The translations under genes and the position numbers were made by a program. The notes under the pieces are model-generated. The model searched no databases, was not told the origin of the DNA, and saw only the letters and a list, made by a program, of their open reading frames with translations. From positions 60,016,001-60,080,000 of the forward strand of contig OX597817.1 in NCBI GenBank assembly GCA_951406725.2: DNA of 64,000 nt. Reading direction: 5' to 3'. This DNA comes from Octopus vulgaris (taxonomy: Eukaryota). Shown here piece after piece: positions 10,851-25,385 of the stretch. The stretch's first letter is position 1. Every line of letters begins with the position of its first letter.

Positions 10851-11307
10851 CAATCTACCATCTCTGACATCTTTGTTTTTTTTTAGCTCTGAAAGGATAA
10901 AAAGATTAAAGTTGACCTGAGCAGAATTTGAACACAAAATGTAGAGAGCTGGAGACATCATCATCATCATCATCAACAACATTTAATCTCCACTTTCCCT
11001 AATGGCATGAGTTGGACAGTTTGACAGGAATTGGCAAGGCTAGGGGCTGCACCAGGTTCCACAGTCTGTTTCGGTTTGGTTTCTACAGATGGATGCCCTT
11101 CCTAACACCAACCACTTTACATAATGTATTGGGTGTTTTTTTTATGTGGTACCATCACCAATGCTTTCTATGAGACATTTTGGTTTTAGAGAAACAGAAA
11201 TACTGTGAGGTGTTCTATCTGATGTTGTCTACAATAAAATGTGGTTAGCAAACATCGAATAAGTGTCAAAATGTAAAGAATTATATTTGAGGAGGAAGCA
11301 AATTTAC

Positions 11308-11473
11308 CATCAGGTGTCTTGGATAAGTCATCTTCACTGTCTTCTGTACCAATTGATTCCTTGCTTTGTCGTATATCGTGGAACTCTTTCCAATAAGTGT
11401 CCATATCGACCACATCACTTCCGGCTTCATGGGACTTGAGCAGCAGCGAACTGGGCAACACACTTCCTTCCAT
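11308..11473 (-). CDS. ARHGAP18: Rho GTPase-activating protein, ARHGAP18/28/40 (conundrum-like), coding exon 1: MEGSVLPSS...MDTYWKEFHDIRQS...SKTPD
   Basis: ATG at 11473 in an AAAACCATGG context. Acceptor (tttattgtag) at 11512-11511, so the exon starts at 11510, with in-frame TGA TGA upstream of the ATG. Donor G|gtaaat at 11307, phase 1. The MDxYWxE..xI...KxPD|EGE motif matches the ARHGAP18/28 N-terminus from memory. Confidence 0.85.
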
Positions 11474-11895
11474 GGTTTTTTTCAATTCACAATTTAGAAA
11501 TCATCAAAGTCTACAATAAACAAACAAAGGAATAAATATTTAGGGGGAGAAAAAGAAAATATATATCTAAATTAATTTTAATTCAATTATACAATGTCCA
11601 ACTCAAACAGAATTTTTTTCTTTATATTTTCAAAAATGAAAACTCAAAATCATCCAAGATTACGTATGAACTTGGGTCTAAAAGTAGAATTACAGTGGAA
11701 TATCAATTAGACAAACACACACACACACATGTGTGTGTACATACATATATAAACATACACATACATATATACATACATATACACATATATATATATACAT
11801 ATATACATACACACACACACATATATATACACACATACATACGCACATACACATATATATACATATACTTATATATATATATATATACATATATA

Positions 11896-13120
11896 CAAGG
11901 TGCATAAGGTATTTGACAACATAACTTTTTGGAGTCATTGCTGCATTTTTTTGTTAATTCTGTGTAATCTTTGTTTCAGAAAATAATAATGGCAGACCCA
12001 CAGCTTAAGAAATGAAGAGGTATGCTATTATTTTGGTTATAAAGGCTGAGTATAGCGATTTAGAAATATCTTGATTTAAAAAAATTTCCAGATGTTTCGT
12101 CTACAAAGTTTGTAAGGAGTTAGAGACTGAAGATGGAAACGTATCACCAGTATCAAAGCATAAAAAGCATTCCAAATGCTCTGAAATTGTCAGAACACCT
12201 GAATTTATCCATTGATTGCAATCCTAGAAAGTCCATGAGGTCAACTGCAAAAGATCTCCATGTGTCAGAAGGAACAGTCAGAAATGATGTTCATGAAGAC
12301 ATCAGATATATGTCTTATATGATAAGGAAAGGTCAATTTATGTTAGAAAAAGCAAAAGAAAATCACCACACCAGATCTAAAAGGCTCTTAAACAAACTGA
12401 AAAATCCAGCAGAAGATTTGATTTGGTTATTCTCAAACAAGAAAAAGTTAACCGAGGAAATGACAGATGCTAATGTGCAGACCCTTCTGAAGTTCCAAGT
12501 GTTATGCATACAAAATTTCCAGAAGCTGTCATAGTTTTAGGGGTTGTCAGCAATGAAGGACATGCGATGCCTCTTTACTTCTTCCACAAGGCCTTAGAGT
12601 TAACTCTGCCGCCTACACTGATGTCCTCGAAATAATTGTTAAGCCCTGGATAGACAATGTATGCAATGGAAGGCCATATGTGTTTCAGTAAGACTCTGCA
12701 CTATCACATATGGCTGTAGTAACACAGGAATGGATGGCTAAAAATGTTCATGATCACATAACCCCTAACATTTGGCCTCCTAATTCCCCAGATCGCAATC
12801 CATTGGACTATTACATGTGGAGTGCTGTTGAGAGAGAGGTCAATGAACATGCCCATAACACCAAAGATTCTTTGAAAGCTGCCATAGTCAGAGTAATGTC
12901 CAAAATGAACCAAGACCACTTGATTCAAGCATGTAGATGATTTAGATCTCATATAGAAGCGGTTGTTGAAGCTGAAGGTGGCTTTATTGAATAACATTAT
13001 AGAAAAGAAGGAATATTTTTATCCTCATAGCAATTTTTGATATATAAAGTTATTATCTGTTATTATATATCTGCTGCTTTATAAACACAAATCTGTGCTC
13101 AAATATCTTACACACCCCGA
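11896..13120 (+). mobile_element. Tc1/mariner superfamily maT (DD37D) transposon, near full length, transposase disrupted
   Basis: HTH region NPRKSMRSTAKDLHVSEGTVR. Catalytic region VFQ*DSA...WPPNSPDRNPLDYYMW has 37 residues between D2 and D3. Degenerate TIRs CAAGGTGCATAAGGTATTTGA and TCAAATATCTTACACACCCCG, flanked by TA. Confidence 0.88.
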
Positions 13121-15089
13121 ATACACACACACACATACACACACAATTGTGTGAGTGTGTGGGGGTGTTTCCAGTGCCAAAAAATACTTCTGCCAAAACA
13201 GATTGAATGTCCAATCAGTTGTGCCTAATTGTTCTGCATCCAAAGAGCTGCACCAAAATTGCTTCATTGTCTCATTTAGGGTTTTTGCCTTGTCGCGTTT
13301 CTAGCAATGCTCCACACCAAGCTCACCTAGTGAGGCAACGAAGTTTGTTTAGCTATGAACAACTTTACATTGCAACAGGGTGGCCAAAATTACATATAAC
13401 TGGTAACTCTCATGAGAAATCTTATATAACATGCACAGAAAGGCAACTTCTCTTCTATTTAGAATTTTACTGGGAAATGGAAGAAAGGAAACATTTTCTT
13501 CCTGTTTACACACTAAAAATTTCAAGTTGCAAGCTTGATTCTTGACCAACATCTCAGCATCCATAGCATATTGACTCCTCTTCCCTATCAGCCACCAATG
13601 TTTTTCTATGAATTCTTTATCATTCTTACTTTTTCTTGCTTGCATCAGTTTGATGAAGTTAGTTCTGGTGGATTTTCTACAGTGAGGTGCTCTCCCTGTC
13701 ACCAATCCTCACTTGTTTCTAAGCAGTAGAATATTTCCCATGAACAGACATGTTCTTGCAGAATATTGGAAAGAAATGACACCGCTTATAAGACAGTGAC
13801 ACTCCTTTACAACTATCATGCAATACCAAGGGCACATACATATATAGTGGGATTCTTCCAGTTTCCATCTATCAAACACACTCACAAAAATTAGGTTGGC
13901 CAGGGGTTATTGTAGAAGACATATGTGCAAGGTGCCATGTAGTGGGACTGAACCCAAAACCTTGTAGTTGGGCAGCAAACTTCTCAACCACACAGCCACA
14001 GCTGCATCTATAGTGTATTTTTTGAAAACCATTCATGCGTAAACAGTGTTGTGTTTTAATGTTACACTGAAGAGAATATATCAATAGATTTTTAGCCGAC
14101 ATTGTACGTTTTAAGAGAGAAGTACCTTGTTTAAAGAGACACCATCTTTGTGGACAGAACAGAAAAAAAAAAAAAGGGATCAGCGAACCAGACTGATTTC
14201 AATTCCACTGTGAGATTCATCAGTGTGTACGGCAACAAGCTAAAGAATAACATTCAGTTTTTCTGTGGTTTTCCTGCTGCTTAAACTGATGTGCTGTACC
14301 ACTTTACAGTACATATTTACAGCTGGGTGAACTGAGCCAGAGAGAATCAAGCAGCAGAAAAGATTTAACTGCAGCTGGTGGAACACCATCTCCTTCACTC
14401 TGAAAACTGCAACTAATGCTCTCACACAAGACACACCCACATCCAATTTTAATGCAAACATGCACACACACACACACACACATGTAGTCATATAATTTTT
14501 TTTTTTTTTTTTTTGTTCTAAGTTACCTAAGCTAATATGTTATTTGATATCCACTCAAGAGTCTCCATTTCCAGAAAGCAATCATAGAGACCAACAAATT
14601 AGTTTTATTGCATAATGACAGAAACACGTGCAACACAAATATTTGATAACAATGTTCTAAACTACTAAAACAAAAATAAGGAATGGCATTAATTCTGTTT
14701 ATGGTAACGATGATGATGATGATGCCAAATTTCAGAATCAAGTAATTTCTAAATTAAATTACACACACAAATACACATTGTCCAACCCATGCCAGCATGG
14801 AAAATGGACATTAAATAACATATAAATGAGTGGACAAACAAAAGACAATCAACACATTTTGGTAGGAGTCACATATTATTTAAAACAATTTGATTTCGCT
14901 TCAGGCAACAAAGTTTCTTTGGCTCATTATAAGAATCCAGACCTTGGGCTTCTTGATTCCTACATTTGGCTGCCTGAGACCAAATCAACCCATTTTAAAT
15001 AATAATAATATATATTTAATACCTTCCCTCTTGCACACTCCTTCTGGTGCCTCATATGCTCAGTTTTACTCTTAAATCACACTCTGTCG

Positions 15090-16150
15090 TATATGTGCAC
15101 CGACATTACCCATCCAGTGGAGAATATTGGCTTCATTTCTTTCAACCTTTTGCATGTCCTCAGTAACCACAGACCATGTCTCACTACCATGCAGCATAGC
15201 TGTTTGTACACAGGCATCTGCCTTTCACTCTGAGGGAGAGACCCTTTATTACTAACAGAAGTGTTAGCTCTCTGAACTTTGCCCAGCCCATTCTGATTCT
15301 AGCAGCTATGCTTTTGGAACAACCCCTGCCCAGTTATAACTTGGTCACCTAAGTAACGGAAACTGCCTCCTACTTCTAAGGATCCCTTCTAACATTTGAA
15401 GGAGTCTATTATTTGTATACTCCTGGTGTTTAATGTACCTGCACATCAGCCCCATGTAAAGACTACTTTCTCTGTTAATCGTCTAGTAATACAGCTGCAC
15501 CATTAAAGTGTCCGTAGCTTGCATTGGGTACACTTTGTGGAGTTTATCCCGACATCTTTTCTACATATTGAGCAGGGCCATCTCACTGAGGGGTCTGTGA
15601 TTTATCTGCTTTCCTACTTATTAGGACTTTGGTCTTTGCTAAATTAACTCTAAGGCTCTTGGATTCCAGACCTTGCTTCCATACCTGAAATCTCTTCTCT
15701 AGTTCAAGTAGGGATTTAGCTATAAGAATAAAGTCTTCAGTTTGGAGGAGCTCCCAAGGGCAGCCAGTCTTAGATTCCTCTGTTATAGCTTGGAGGACTA
15801 TGATAAACAAGAAAGGGCTGAGAACTGATCCCTGGTAAACTATTTTTACACTAGATTCCTTGTTTTTCTCATAGCCAACCTTCATCTTACTGGCAGCATC
15901 CCTGCACATGGCTTTTACAGCTCTCACTAACCACTCATCTATCCCTAGCTTCCCGCATTGCCCCACCAGATAAGGGTGCAGGGGTCCCATCAGAGGCTTT
16001 CACCATTCAACAGAAGCCAAATACAAATGTTTATTTTTGGCCAAGTATTTCTCCTGCAGTTGCCTCACCAGGAAGAGAACATTGGTGGTGCTTCTCCCTG
16101 GCACAATGCATCTCATCTAGACTAACTCTCTTCCTAATTAATCGAGCTAT
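15090..16150 (-). mobile_element. LINE (RTE-like) reverse-transcriptase fragment, frameshifted
   Basis: LGIDEWLVRAVKAM...QGSVLSPFLFIIVLQAITEE.KTGCPWELL(YADD decayed)...GLESKSLRVNLAKTKVL, with further RT/C-terminal remnants on both sides. Confidence 0.85.
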
Positions 16151-16917
16151 GATGACAGTCTACCAGTTCCACTGACGACTGTGCGGTTGGAGGGGCAAGA
16201 TTCTTAACCACACAGATACACAAAACTGTAGAAAACTGGAACCATGTCAAAGCTGACATTGGGGCTCAATGCAACCCTGCAGCTCACCAGATCCTGTCAA
16301 ACCATCTGACCCACACCAACGTATCAAATGGACATCATGTGATGATGATGATGATGATACTGAGATGTCATCAATCCTCCTCCTCCTCCTCCTGATCATC
16401 ATCATTTGACATCCATTTTTCCGTGCTCGCACGGGTCAGATAAAAATTTTGTCGAGGCAGACATTCAACAGCTGGGTGCCCTTCCTGCCACCAACCTTCA
16501 CCTGTTTCTCTGTAAAGCAGTATTTTTCATTTAGCCAGACATGTTCTTCATGGAAGATTTACAAGAACAACCTCACTTGTTGTGATGACAACAACGACAA
16601 GGCTTGTTTACAACCGTCACGCAATGTCCAGACAAGGTTGCACACGCACACACACACACACACGTGCACTTTGTCATCATTATATATTCCCATTGTCCTC
16701 AGTTGGCGGACGTTGGATATGGTTTCAGTGTCACATTACAACAGGGGTGCATTCTGTCGTGACACTCACCAGTAAAGGAGAGATTTTGTTTGGGGTGGAA
16801 CTAATAAAAAAACATCCCTTCTACTCTGTATTGGTTTACACACACACTCCCTCACACATAGGGTCTATATATATATATAGATGTGTGTCTAGATATATAT
16901 GTGTGTGTGTGTGTGTG

Positions 16918-17580
16918 TTTCCCAACCACATGGTTCTGGGTTCAGTTCCATTGAATAGCAACTTGGGCAAGTGTCTTCTACTATAGCCTCAGACAGACCA
17001 AAGCTTTGTCAGTGGATTTGGTAGATGGGAACTGAAAGAAGCCCAATGTGTGTGTCTGTGTGTCCACCTCACCACGTGACAACCGGTGTTAATGTGTTTA
17101 TGTCCCCATAACATAGTGGTTTGGCAAAAGAGACTCATAGAATAAGAAACAGGCGTAGGAGAAATGTGCTGGGGTTGATTCATTTGCTTAGAATTCTCCA
17201 AGGAAGTGCTCCAGCATGACCACAGTCTAATGACTGAAACAAGAAAAGGGAAGAGAAGACAAGAGATATATATAAATGTGTGTGTGTGTGTGTATCTATA
17301 TATGAGAATATATAAGTATGGAAAGAGGAGGATTTTTTAATTCTTTTCTTTGTTTCAGTCATTTGACTGTGGCCATGCTGGATCACCACCTTTAGTCGAA
17401 GAAATGAACCCCAGGACTTATTCTTTGTAAGCCAAGTACTTATTCTATCAGAACCCTTTTTGCCGAACTGATTAGTTACGGGGACATAAACACACCAACA
17501 TCAGTTGTCAAGTGATGTTGGGAGGACAAACAGAGACACACAAACATATATACACATATATATACATATATGATGGGCTT
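16918..17580. mobile_element. Two family A SINEs, tail to tail (16918-17250 +, 17345-17580 -)
   Basis: Family A core and tail motifs in opposite orientations. Confidence 0.7.
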
Positions 17581-18129
17581 GAATAACAAAGAAAAACATG
17601 ATACGTTCCATTAATCACATGCATACACCCACATGCATGCACACAAACACACAGAGACCTATGTTCCTCATTTATTTATTTCCTATCAATGGACTCACTC
17701 TCGTAAGCTCTTCACTGCCTCCATTTATCCAGACTTCAGTTTATATTCGATAAATAAATTAAAAAAGAAAAAGAAAACCAGACTCAGCCATGTTGAATTT
17801 CAGTGCATTTCTGATTGTGACTGTTGTTCTACTTAAGAAATATCACGGTAAAGAAAATGGTCAGTGCTATTTGTGTAACCTATTTCATGGTGGTTGAATA
17901 TTCCAAGTCTACCCAAGCATGATGGTAAATGTAGTCGTGTTTGTGACAGAATCTGATATAATGTTGAGTGTCATATTTTATCTTCCCATGTTTTTGGTCA
18001 CGCACTTCTATGAATACACACATACACGGAACATAAACACTTACATACTTGCATATGTGTATGTGTGTGTGTGTGCATAAGTGTACATATGTGTCTACGT
18101 GCATGTGTATGCACACATATATATACTGA

Positions 18130-18485
18130 ATGGTCTGGCATATAGCACTGTCCCAGTGCCCTTATATGCAAGTGAGACATCGGCGACAATGAAGAGGATA
18201 GAACATCAATTGTTCACAACAGAAAGGGCCATGGAAAGATCCTTGTTAGAAATTTCATTAAAAGAGTTCATTTGAAATGAGACAATTTGAGAAAAGAGCA
18301 GACTGAATGATGTGATTGCAGAATGCCAAAAGCACAAGATCTGCTGGGTTGGGACATGTTACAAGGTTCCCAGACAACAAGGTTGACCTGTGCAGTTGCC
18401 AAGTGGTATTCGAGAGAGTGGAAAAAAGCCACTTGGAAGACCTCCATGATATAACAGCATCTGATGGTTTGGTTGATACTTGGTT
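18130..18485 (+). mobile_element. RTE LINE C-terminal fragment
   Basis: VPVPLYASET...QLFTTERAMERSLLEISL...GHVTRFPDN matches the RTE pattern LPxLLYxxETW...QRAMERxMLGIS...WAGHVxR. Confidence 0.72.
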
Positions 18486-18851
18486 ACACACACACACACA
18501 CACACACAATTCCATGCTTGCATGGATTAGATAGAATTTGTTGGGCCAGATTTCCTATGGTTAGACATCCTTCCTTCTTTCCTATTGCTAATCTCCACCT
18601 AGCTCCAAGAAAGGTAATATTTCTTCCTGGTCAGACATGTTTTCCATGGAGAATTGGAAATGAATGACATTACTCGCCTGATAATGATACTTGAGACACA
18701 CGCTACACACACAAGGCTTTGGTCAACTCAGAACCACAGTAGATGACGTGTGTCCAAGTTACAATACAATGGGATTGAACCTAAGACTACATAGTTGAGA
18801 AGCAAGCTGCTAAACCACACTGCCAGATTTCCATCAAATATATATACATAA

Positions 18852-19150
18852 GTGCAGGAGTGGCCATGTGGTGAGTAGATTGCTTCCCAACCACATGGTT
18901 CTAGGTTCAGTCTCACTGTGTGGCACCTTGGGCAAGTGTCTTCTATAGCCTCGGGCTGACCTAACCCTTTTGAGTATATTTGGTTGAAAACTGATGTTGG
19001 TGTGTTTATGTCCCCATAACTTAGCAGTTTGGCAAAAGAGACTGATAGAATAAGTACTAGGCTTACAAAGAATATGTTCTGTGTCGATTTGTTTGACTAA
19101 AGGTAGTGCTCCAGCATAGCCACAGACTGAAACAAGTAAGAGAATAAAAG
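18852..19150 (+). mobile_element. SINE family A, internally deleted
   Basis: Head, core and tail motifs present; central microsatellite region missing. Confidence 0.75.
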
Positions 19151-22100
19151 AATATATATTTATATAAAAATAATAAAGAGAAGAAAATGAACTATTCCTT
19201 CCGTGTTGTAATTAAATTACTCTAAATTACGAAGAAATTGTTTCAAAATCTATTAACACATATTCTAAGTGCATTATTACACGGAAGATAATCATTTTCA
19301 TGTACATGAGTAATGTCTGGCTGCTAACATTCCGTTATGATTTCCTCATCCAGAAACAGAGAAGTACAGGGTCAAGGTGGAAAGTGAACATGAGAGAAAA
19401 AGAATAGGGGCAGGGGAAGGGCAAAGTTGAATGGATGGCTAAAGTCATTAGAATGTGAAAAGAGCATAACAGAGGATTACAAATGGGGATTGAGGGGACA
19501 CTGTGAGTATCAGTTTGGTTTGTATGCTTTAAATATTCAAAAAGAGGTGAATAAACATATTTTAACAAATGCTGATTTTTACATTAAAAATTTAGTTTCA
19601 CAATTATAAAAAATTTAGACTCAGTAGTTTATATTTTTCATTAATAAATTGTTGCTTCATGTTTTGTTTCTTCTGAACATTAGTATAAAGTGAACTGAAT
19701 TTTATCAGAGTAATCTAAATGTTCAAGAGTGGAATCATTCTTGTGTCCAGATTGTGCATTTGTTGTTAGGAGCACTGTCATCTGTTTTCTAATTGACATA
19801 CCTATTTGGCCAATGTAATGCTTGTCATATCAATAGCATGTCAAATTATTTTGACTTTAAAATTTTGTTCTGAATCTTTGGATACATTAATACAAATGCC
19901 ACAATTTGATCTTCCACATTTGTTGACAGTTAGGTTTCATATAATGTTGGTAAGTAACTTAGCATTTGTTAATAGCTTCTTAAGGGATTCTGGCTGTGTT
20001 TATATCTTGATCTTCTAAAATTCTGTTTGAATTGCATTTTAAAAGTGGTAAATTTTGATTAAATATATAAAAGACCTCAATATTCAGGGAGTTATGTGTT
20101 GAAATATAAAGAAAATTCATTTGTTTGTGTGATACTTTCATGATTTTTAAATTACACACACACAAGTGTGTGTGTGTGTGTGTGCGTGTGTGTGCATGTG
20201 TATATATCCCTATACATACATATATTAAACACAGTATCCAACAATTGTACAAAAGTTTCAAAGCTGGTAGGTAGGGTTGAACATTATTTAATATAAGCTG
20301 CAAATACATTCAAAGTGCTTCCATAGAGTTTCCATCAACAGTTAGCAGTTAAGGCATTTGTTGGCCCTAAGCTACAGAGGAAGACACTCATGAAAGATAT
20401 CACAAGTGAGATAGAGTTTGAAACCACGTGACGGTAAAGGGAACTCTCTGTCCAACCACACAAACACAAAGCTCAATGGATCTATCATTTCTGTATATGA
20501 GTCATGTAATAGTTTACTATCCAACCCATGCCAGCATGGAAAAGAGACATTTAAACGATGATGATGCTGATGATGATAATGAGGTGTATGCATGTATAAA
20601 CAAAAATAAACTTGCCTTACCAAAACCTCAATGCCTTTACCCGTTATTCTAAGTATGAGTGAGCGTGTGGTGCTTGACAGTTGTATGTCCACGTGTGAAT
20701 GAAACACCCACTCTTTCTAAGCCAATGCACTTTCAGAAATTGATGTGCAGGACAACTAAAATAGATTTTTTTTTATACATGTATTATTACTATTATTATT
20801 ATTGTTGTTGTTGTTATGGGTAGATTTGGCATATCTATTCTGGTTTACTTCTTGAGGCATTGTTGTTATGGTAGTATTGATTTAGGTACAACAACAACCA
20901 GAAAAAAAAGGTTCAAATAGCAATCAATATATGACAATTGATTAGGTTACAGTAAACTACTGGTTACAAACAAACAAGAAAACTGATAAATCCATATAAA
21001 AAATAATCATACAGTTGGTTCAGGGGGGGGGGGGAGTGCATATTTGAAACAGACTTTTTAATATTCTGATTAAAAAAAGGCAGCAAACTGTTAGAATCGT
21101 TAGCATGTTGGGTGAAATGCTTAGCGGCATTTCAAATTCTGAGTTCAAATTCTGATAAGGTCACCTTTGTCTTTTGTCCTTAAAATAAGTACCAGTTGTG
21201 CATTAGGAGTCAATGTAACTGACTTATCTCCTGCCCAAATTGCTGGCCTTGTGCTAAAATATGAAATCAATATTCTGATTAAAAAAAGAAAACAGAAATG
21301 TTTTTCTTTTCATCTTTTGGTTACAAAGTATTGGTTCAAGTAAAGGTGTGTGGCCTAGTGGCCAGGGTGTTGCACTCACAATCACAAGCTTGTGGTTTCA
21401 ATTCCTGGCCTAGGTGCTGCATTGTGTTCTTGAACAAAACACAATATTTTAATCCACTCAGCCGTGAATCAATAACCCTGCAATGAACTGGCATCCCAGT
21501 TAGGGGAAATGTCATGACTTTGATCATGTAAACATCATGGAAACTGGGTGATGAGGCCCTATGAGCCCTTGGACTCAAGAAAGTACTTTCTAAAGGAACA
21601 GGTGGGCTATGTGTTAAGAGGCTTGCTTCGTAACCACATGGTTTGGGGTGGAATCCCACTGACCAAAGCCTTCAGTGGATTTGATGAAAAAGGCTAAAGG
21701 GCACCTGTTGTGTGTGTGTTGCTATGCCTTTGCTTTGACATCACAGGGTAGTTGTAAACAAGTGTTACCCTCATCATGCAAGAAGTGTCTATTGTTTCTA
21801 AACCTCCATTAAAACATTGTGACCCTGGGGGAATATTTCCCTGCTTGGAAACAGGTGAGGGTTGGTGACAGGAAGGGCATCCGGCTGTAGAAAGTCTGCC
21901 TCAACAGATTCTCTCCAACTCATGCATGGAAAAGTGGATGTTATGATGATGATGATGATGAAGTAAAGCAGTACCCACGACGTCCTAAAGGCACTCATGG
22001 TGATCGTATTAAACTGAGCGACGGATTAAGGTCAGCACTCAAGTAGATGGCCATGGTAGGATATTATAAAGAGAGAACAAAGAACTGGAAAGAAGAATAT

Positions 22101-23014
22101 CGAGGAAAGCTATCAGATCTCCTGTTTTTACACTTCTAATAATCCATTGATTTATTATACCAGCAGGCATTTTACCTACCATCTGCAGGAGGCTTACCAT
22201 TTGGGACCCCCAGCCTGAGCCCCCCATTAGCCTTTCAAACCCTGGTATAAAGCCACCTCCCCACCTTTCTATTTAGTCATGCAGGCTTTGTCTTTCCCAC
22301 CCCTGTCCTTTCTTCAGTTTTGCAAGTTACTTGGCAACCTCACTCGTGACATTAGCATGACAAGGGGCACCCAGTCCATGCTGTAAAGTGGTTGGGGTTA
22401 GGAAGGAGATTCAGCTGGAGAAACAATGCCAAAACAGACACTGAGGTTCACTACAGCCCCGTGACTTTCTGGATCCTTTTGAACTGTCCAAACCAGGCCA
22501 ACATGAAAAACAGACAATGATGATGATCTGCTGTCCAGAATTGGTGCTTTCTTTTTACAGAATCTAAAAGAATGAGAGGCAAAATTGACCTTACCAAGAT
22601 TTAAAAACAACCCTCTCCCTCCCCAAAAAAACCCAACTGTGAGGCATTCTATACAATGGTTTAAAGACTTTTGTAGTTTGCTGCCTCTACTAGTTCACCA
22701 GTAAAGACAAATTCTCTCAAAGATGCATAGCATCTAGAGCAAGCCCTAGGCCAACCAATGCATTTTTAGTGGAACTGGTTGATAGAAACTATATGAAGCC
22801 TGTCATGTCTGTGTGCATGGAGGGGGTGCAGATTTCTGCTAATTAAAAATATTTATGTTCATGTATTTTTAAATAGTTTGTTAAACATGTAGATGTCTTG
22901 AGAGGAGTTAAATGCAGTGGAAAACAACAACAAAAAACATACAGGTACATGCATACATATGTGCTTTATATATATATATATTTATAATCAAAATAAGCAA
23001 TAAGGATATCCAAG

Positions 23015-23110
23015 GTAGAGTAGTACAATTGTTTCATGCTACTACATTTTATTAAACCCTGTAAGTATTACATCAGTTTTAAAATGTCAAGCAATCTTCA
23101 GCCACATATA
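23015..23110 (-). ncRNA. Type I hammerhead ribozyme motif with a long stem II insertion, in a Penelope-like remnant
   Basis: Minus strand: TGTGG-CTGAAGA-TTGCT...(~50 nt)...AGCAT-GAAAC-AATT-GTA-CTAC. Core intact, palindromic loop III, U.U at the stem II base. The remnant is flanked by (TA)n. Confidence 0.55.
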
Positions 23111-23734
23111 GAATTTTTCAATTAAATGGACAACGCACATTCTTATACTTATTTCATTTGTCAGCATTACAAAGAGGGTAGATATATAGACAGAGAAGTT
23201 AATTTCATCATTAAGAACATGATGGTAGTATGTTCATTCTCTGTCTGTAGATATATATTTATATATATGATGATGATGAGCTTAGAAGGCTGAACCTTTT
23301 GGACGAGATGACGAAGGACTGAGATACCTGGCACCTTGCTGTGGAAGGTTCATCCTCCACAGCAGAAGTGTTAACGCTTCATCCCCTGGTAAAGAGGATT
23401 GGCTTGCAAGAGCCTTGTGCTGGTGCCACATGGAAAGCACTCATGCCAATGCCATGTTTGAAGCACTCAGCACACACTGTAACATGGTCAGTGTTAGGAA
23501 GGGCATCCAGCCATAGAAACAAAGCCAAATCAGACTGGAGCTTGGCGTAGATCTCTCGTTTGCCACCTCTGGTCAAACTGTCCAACCCATGCCAGCATGG
23601 AAAATGGACCTTGAAGGATGATGGTTATATATACATATATATAAAGATATATACATATATATACACACATACACACAGTGCATGTTAACTTTGCATGAAT
23701 ATATATTTATGTGTGTGATTAAGGATAGAAATAT

Positions 23735-24185
23735 ATTACGCATGTGGTAGAGGTAGACCCAGGAAGACATGGGATGAGGTGGTGAAGCATGATCTTTGAA
23801 CCTCACAGAGGCAATGACTGAGGCCTTTGACATTGAGCGTTGGGCCTCACAGAGGCAAAGTGGATGAGCTCTTTTCGAGTGTTGGGCCTCACAGAGGCAA
23901 TGACCAAGACCTTTGGCATTATGTCATGCTGGACAAGAAGACCTATCAAGCTGAGCACAATCACAGACATGACAGATACCAGTGTCATGCAAATGGCATT
24001 CGTGGCACTGGAATTTAAAAGCACCCATTACATTCTCGGAGTGGTTGGCATTAGGAAGGGCATTCAGCTGTAGAAACCATGCCAAATCAGACTGGAGACT
24101 GGTGCAGCCTTCCAGGTTGCCAGTCCTGGTCAAACTGCCCCACCCATACCAACATGGACAATGGACATTAAATGATGATGATGTG
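23735..24185 (+). mobile_element. RTE LINE 3' end: ORF terminus joined to the abundant 3'-UTR repeat
   Basis: CGRGRPRKTWDEVVKHDL...GLTEAMT followed by the GGAAGGGCAT...GATGATG tail. Local triplication of CCTCACAGAGGCAA. Confidence 0.75.
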
Positions 24186-24914
24186 AACTGGTGTGTACAC
24201 GACTTTCTGTTGATTATACATCAATATTTCATGTATTGAGTTCTATGTCCCCTGCCTGTGTATCTACCAACATTCTGTGTATATATGTTTTATATTTATC
24301 AACCAGAGAATCTATAGCAGGCACAAATTATTATCAGCCTTATCATTATGGCTGCTTTTTTCCCTGCTGGCATGGGTTGGACAAACAAACAAGTCAAACA
24401 AATAACCATCTCATTCAGTAACATGTACTGAGATATTGATGAACAAATCTTCTTATCTCTGGGTTGATTATTGATAAAAATTGATAAATAAATAATGACT
24501 GTGACCCACATGACAAACAAATCAATGGCTTCTACGAATGTCTAATATTAGCTGGTGACAGATCTTGAAGTAAATACCTATTTTGCTTCACCTTTATCTC
24601 TTTCTCTTTCTTTCTCTCTCTCTTACAGACACATTTACACACACACAGAGCCAAACACAGGCACAGAAATATCTACATATATGCATGCAAACACACAAAT
24701 ATACATCCACAATCATACATAGAATAAACATAATTTGGATACTAAACAAAAAGACATTGACCGACATTGGGCTTTTGTGTTATTTTTTTGTACTCCTGTG
24801 TGTGTGTGTGTGTGCATATATGCATATATATATATATATATACACACACATACATATATATATATAAAGTTAATCCAAACAAGAAAGCACAAAAAAAAAA
24901 TATATATATATATA

Positions 24915-25334
24915 CTCTTTTACTTGTTTCAGTCATTTGGCTGTGGCCATGCTGGAGCACTGCCTTTAGTTGAACAAATCGACCCCAGGACTTATTCTTT
25001 GTAAGCCTAGTACTTATTCTATTAGTCTCTTTTGCCAAACCGCTAAGTTACGGGGATGTAAACACACCAGCATCGGTTGTCAAGCGATGTTGGGGAGACA
25101 AACACAGACACACAAACATACACACACATATATAAATAAATATATATATATATATATATATTGAGGTTATAAGAGATAATGGTGTCATTGAGACCCAAAG
25201 GTGTCAGGTAATGCTGAATAAGTGCTATAGACAGACCATAAAGTTCTAGATTCGGTAATATTGCGAATAAAGGGTTCAACGTTGGTTCTATGTCAGCGTG
25301 TGTACATATGAATTTTATCTCGTTACGCAAAAAA

Positions 25335-25385
<51 letters not shown>

